Source of the DNA: Atribacterota bacterium
Lineage (GTDB): Bacteria > Atribacterota > Phoenicimicrobiia > Phoenicimicrobiales > Stramentimicrobiaceae
Direction: 5' to 3'
NCBI GenBank assembly: GCA_028717805.1
Contig: JAQUNC010000003.1
Coordinates: 28,924 to 92,923, forward strand
Length of the DNA stretch: 64,000 nucleotides
Shown here: piece by piece, positions 61,192 to 64,000 of the stretch
How positions within the stretch are numbered: the stretch's first letter is position 1
How the letters are laid out: the number at the start of each line of letters is the position of its first letter
The notes under the pieces: model-generated
Told to the model about the DNA's origin: nothing
The model's input: only the letters and a program-made list of their open reading frames with translations
Database searches by the model: none
Made by a program: the position numbers and the translations under genes

Positions 61192-61328
61192 ACACTCGTT
61201 ACCCCCGATCTTCCTAAAAATCTTTTTTATTATACCTGATTAATGAAATTATTTCCAAAGTATTATTAATTAATTGTAAGAGTTTTAAAAAAAAGATATA
61301 ATTTAAAAAAGTAAGCTTATAGGAAACT

Positions 61329-64000
61329 ATGTATAGATATAAACACATTGATAAAAAATTCTTTTTTGTACTTACAATTTTTTTCCTCTTTTCACTATTA
61401 TTTTATTCTTTATTAAGCTTATTTTTTCACAATTATTTTCAACTATCATCTTATGCCCAAAACTACGATCCATCAATCACCTGGAATGTATTAGATGGTC
61501 AATACTGCTCTGTAATCTTTCCAGCAGAAATTACAGATAAAAAATCATTTCAATATAAGCATATTGCCATTAATATTGCTGAAATAGCTGACGAAATCTA
61601 CCTTAAAATAACTTCGCAGTTAGGAAAGCCTTATCATTCTGACCAAAAATTTACCATTATTTTGGAAGATTTCAGAGATTCTACTTATGGCTTTGCTTCA
61701 ACAATTCCTCATCGTGTTATTCGTGTTAATCTGACCGCTCCAGGACCTGAAATATTCGACACTAAATTTGAAAGCTGGCTTAGAATATTGATAGCTCATG
61801 AATATACACACTTAGCTCATTTTGATATGACCAATAAATTAACCACTTTTATGCGCTTTTTTTTAGGTCAAATTATTGCTCCTAATGCCTTGCAGCCTCT
61901 CTGGTCCACTGAAGGATTAGCCATTTACAATGAAAGCAAATTATCTACTGGGGGACGTCTTCAGGATAGTAGATACGAGATGTATCTCAGAACTGATTTT
62001 TTAGAAAATCAATTAAAAAGACTGGATCAATTAGAGGGAGGATATCTGGTATCTTGGCCAGGAGGAAATGCTCCTTATATTTATGGACAATCCCTGATTC
62101 ACTTTATTGCAAATCAATATGGAGAAGAAAAACTAATTGCTATTAGCAAAAAGTTTTCCTCCTTACCGCTGTTGGGAATGAATTGGACTTTAAAAAAAGT
62201 TTTAGGAATTGATCAAAATGAACTTTTTCAAGAATGGAAAGGTGAAAAAGAGAAATATTTTAGACAACAAATTGAACAAATCATTAAATATAATGATATC
62301 ACCAAATCTGAGCAAATTACCGCTCACCAGTATTGGGTTGAGAATCCATCATGGTTAATAGATGAAGAAAAACAAAAATCCTATCTTGTTTATAAGGTTT
62401 TGACACCACACCTTTATCCAACTATTCGCAAATACGATTTTAATTCAAAAAAAGAAAGCATTTTAATAAAAAGAACTGCTGGACAGGGTATCTCATACTG
62501 TCTATCACCAAACTACCAATATCTGATTTATTCTAAATTAATTCAATACCAACACTATTATGCTTTCCACGACCTATTTTTATATAATTTAAATACTGGT
62601 AAGCAATCTAAACTGACTGAAAAGATGAGAATCAAAGACCCGGCCTGGCACCCTGATCCCTTGATAGGAAAGTTAGCTGCAGTTATAAATGAAGCAGGAA
62701 CTAATAATCTTATATTGCTATCTTTTGATATGCCACAACTTGAAAATAATTTGTTACAAAATAAAACAATCTCTTTTTCTGATTTGATATATTTGACTGA
62801 TTTTAAAGATGGAATCCAGATTTCCCAACCCGTTTGGTCACCCCATGGTGATAAAATTGCCTTCTCTTTATGGCACAAAGGTTACCAGGATATTTATATA
62901 ATTACTCTTGATAATTGCCAACAAATACAATCTGTTAAACCAATTACTTTTGACCATCATACAGATATTAATCCAAACTGGTCTTATGATGGTCAATACC
63001 TTTTTTTCTCTTCTGACCGAAGCAATATATTCAATTTATATGCTTATTCTCTACCTAATGATCAGTTCTATCGCTTAACCAATGTAACTACTGGCGCTTT
63101 TGAGCCCTCTGCCTCTCCAGATGGGAAAGAGATGGCTTTTATACAATACCACTCTTCAGGATATGAACTACATTTAATCAAAATTGATGATATGCTTTGG
63201 GAATTAATGGATAAACCTGAGATATATTCCTCAATAAACTATCCGGCTATTAAAAATAATGTAGTCTATTTTCCACCATCCATATTAAAAGAAAGTGAAG
63301 ACAATAATCAGTTAAAGTTATCAAGCAATGTTCAAGAACTTAATACTAACTATACCTTGAAAAGCTATTCTCCCAGGGATAGTATCATTCCAACTTATTG
63401 GACTCCTTATATAAATATTAATGAACAAAATTTTTACCTTGGTTTTTCCACTCTAGCTCAGGATTATTTGGGGTATTACAATATACCCCTAACATTTGCC
63501 TATAGTCTTTTTAATGATTCTTTATTTTATGATTTCCAATTTTCACATCGTAGGTCTAAACCGTTACTATCATTTACATGGAAGGGAGAAACGTCCTCAT
63601 TTTCTGATTTTCAATTCTCACTAAAATTTATTGATAGTGGTTACACTACTAAACAGGATTCTGGTCGACTTTACACTAAAAATATTACCATAGGTGTACA
63701 AAGAGAGTACTCATTATCTAACAATAATACCGAAAATGATGATTTTACCAAAGATATACCAACAGTTAATTCCCTAATTTTAAAGTATGGTTATAATGAT
63801 ACCGAAAAATATCGAGGATCCATAAGTGCTGAAATAGGAAATTCTTTTTCACTGAATTATCAATATGCTATTCCCTTGCTAAATGATGATTCTTTATTCT
63901 ATAAAGTACTCTTTGATGGCAGAAAATACTTTCCACTGCCTCTGCAGCATCAGGTTATGGCATTACGACTGGTAGCTGGCTTTGTTTCAAACGAGCTAAA
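61329..64000 (+). CDS. Large (>890 aa, 3' end beyond window) membrane-anchored gluzincin metallopeptidase (HEYTH...WSTEGLAIY, peptidase-MA/M1-like active site) fused to TolB-like PD40 beta-propeller repeats. Not in the ORF track because it lacks a stop in the window.
   Basis: ATG at 61329 followed by an N-terminal TM (FFFVLTIFFLFSLLFYSLLSLFF). HEYTH at ~61794-61808 and a downstream LW-TEG-A-Y third-ligand motif (as in HExxH-X18-E gluzincins). PD40-like repeats follow: PVWSPHGDKIAFS, NPNWSYDGQYLFFSSDRS, FEPSASPDGKEMAF. The frame was checked in phase at 61797, 62811 and to the window end. Confidence 0.75.
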   Translation, partial: MYRYKHIDKKFFFVLTIFFLFSLLFYSLLSLFFHNYFQLSSYAQNYDPSITWNVLDGQYCSVIFPAEITDKKSFQYKHIAINIAEIADEIYLKITSQLGKPYHSDQKFTIILEDFRDSTYGFASTIPHRVIRVNLTAPGPEIFDTKFESWLRILIAHEYTHLAHFDMTNKLTTFMRFFLGQIIAPNALQPLWSTEGLAIYNESKLSTGGRLQDSRYEMYLRTDFLENQLKRLDQLEGGYLVSWPGGNAPYIYGQSLIHFIANQYGEEKLIAISKKFSSLPLLGMNWTLKKVLGIDQNELFQEWKGEKEKYFRQQIEQIIKYNDITKSEQITAHQYWVENPSWLIDEEKQKSYLVYKVLTPHLYPTIRKYDFNSKKESILIKRTAGQGISYCLSPNYQYLIYSKLIQYQHYYAFHDLFLYNLNTGKQSKLTEKMRIKDPAWHPDPLIGKLAAVINEAGTNNLILLSFDMPQLENNLLQNKTISFSDLIYLTDFKDGIQISQPVWSPHGDKIAFSLWHKGYQDIYIITLDNCQQIQSVKPITFDHHTDINPNWSYDGQYLFFSSDRSNIFNLYAYSLPNDQFYRLTNVTTGAFEPSASPDGKEMAFIQYHSSGYELHLIKIDDMLWELMDKPEIYSSINYPAIKNNVVYFPPSILKESEDNNQLKLSSNVQELNTNYTLKSYSPRDSIIPTYWTPYININEQNFYLGFSTLAQDYLGYYNIPLTFAYSLFNDSLFYDFQFSHRRSKPLLSFTWKGETSSFSDFQFSLKFIDSGYTTKQDSGRLYTKNITIGVQREYSLSNNNTENDDFTKDIPTVNSLILKYGYNDTEKYRGSISAEIGNSFSLNYQYAIPLLNDDSLFYKVLFDGRKYFPLPLQHQVMALRLVAGFVSNEL

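Noticed and set aside
62558-62878. 106-aa minus-strand ORF
   Set aside because: Antisense within the long plus-strand peptidase/PD40 gene, whose frame is continuous and motif-bearing across this interval.
1-64000. CRISPR arrays, rRNA operons, IS elements and toxin-antitoxin pairs
   Set aside because: No direct-repeat/spacer periodicity, no rRNA-like conserved stretches, and no transposase or integrase (other than xerD) were found on either strand. Defence-type ATPase or nuclease genes are also absent.

Overview
AT-rich (~30% GC) bacterial chromosomal core segment. Every complete gene from position 1 to 61191 is on the minus strand. The ORF track does not list ORFs truncated by the window edges, and two of those are large real genes: rpoC (1..3018, minus) and a peptidase/beta-propeller gene (61329..>64000, plus).

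The window contains the classic cluster of three tRNAs (Thr-Tyr-Thr), tuf, rpmG, tRNA-Trp, secE, nusG, rplK, rplA, rplJ, rplL, rpoB and rpoC. It then shows Firmicute-type synteny: sigH, cysS, a yacL-like PIN/TRAM gene, radA, and clpC-mcsB-mcsA. The clpC operon is headed by a CsoR/CstR-family regulator rather than CtsR.

The rest is housekeeping: pgk, rsfS, nadD/yqeK, an LCP protein, ispDEF, mreB, murA, mtnA plus a nucleoside phosphorylase, xerD, obg, rplU-rpmA, rng with a radical-SAM pair, mreD-mrdA-rodA, and a tagO/tagA/epimerase cell-envelope cluster.

The most unusual content:
- an exbB-exbD motor cotranscribed with a TonB/TolA-architecture protein whose C-terminal domain is DUF3048, preceded by a 1209-aa membrane-anchored TPR protein;
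- a CstR-like two-Cys, no-His CsoR-family repressor with a TACCC..GGGTA operator at the TSS of the mcsA-mcsB-clpC-radA operon;
- an apparent frame discontinuity at the nusG N-terminus (A6 tract);
- a ~170-aa lineage-specific insertion in the beta-prime subunit;
- an atypical S55 (SpoIVB-like) protease;
- a TagA fusion;
- a gluzincin peptidase fused to TolB-like PD40 repeats.

No CRISPR arrays, rRNA genes or obvious mobile elements are seen. The exbBD genes and the PD40 protein suggest a diderm relative of Firmicutes, but this is inference.
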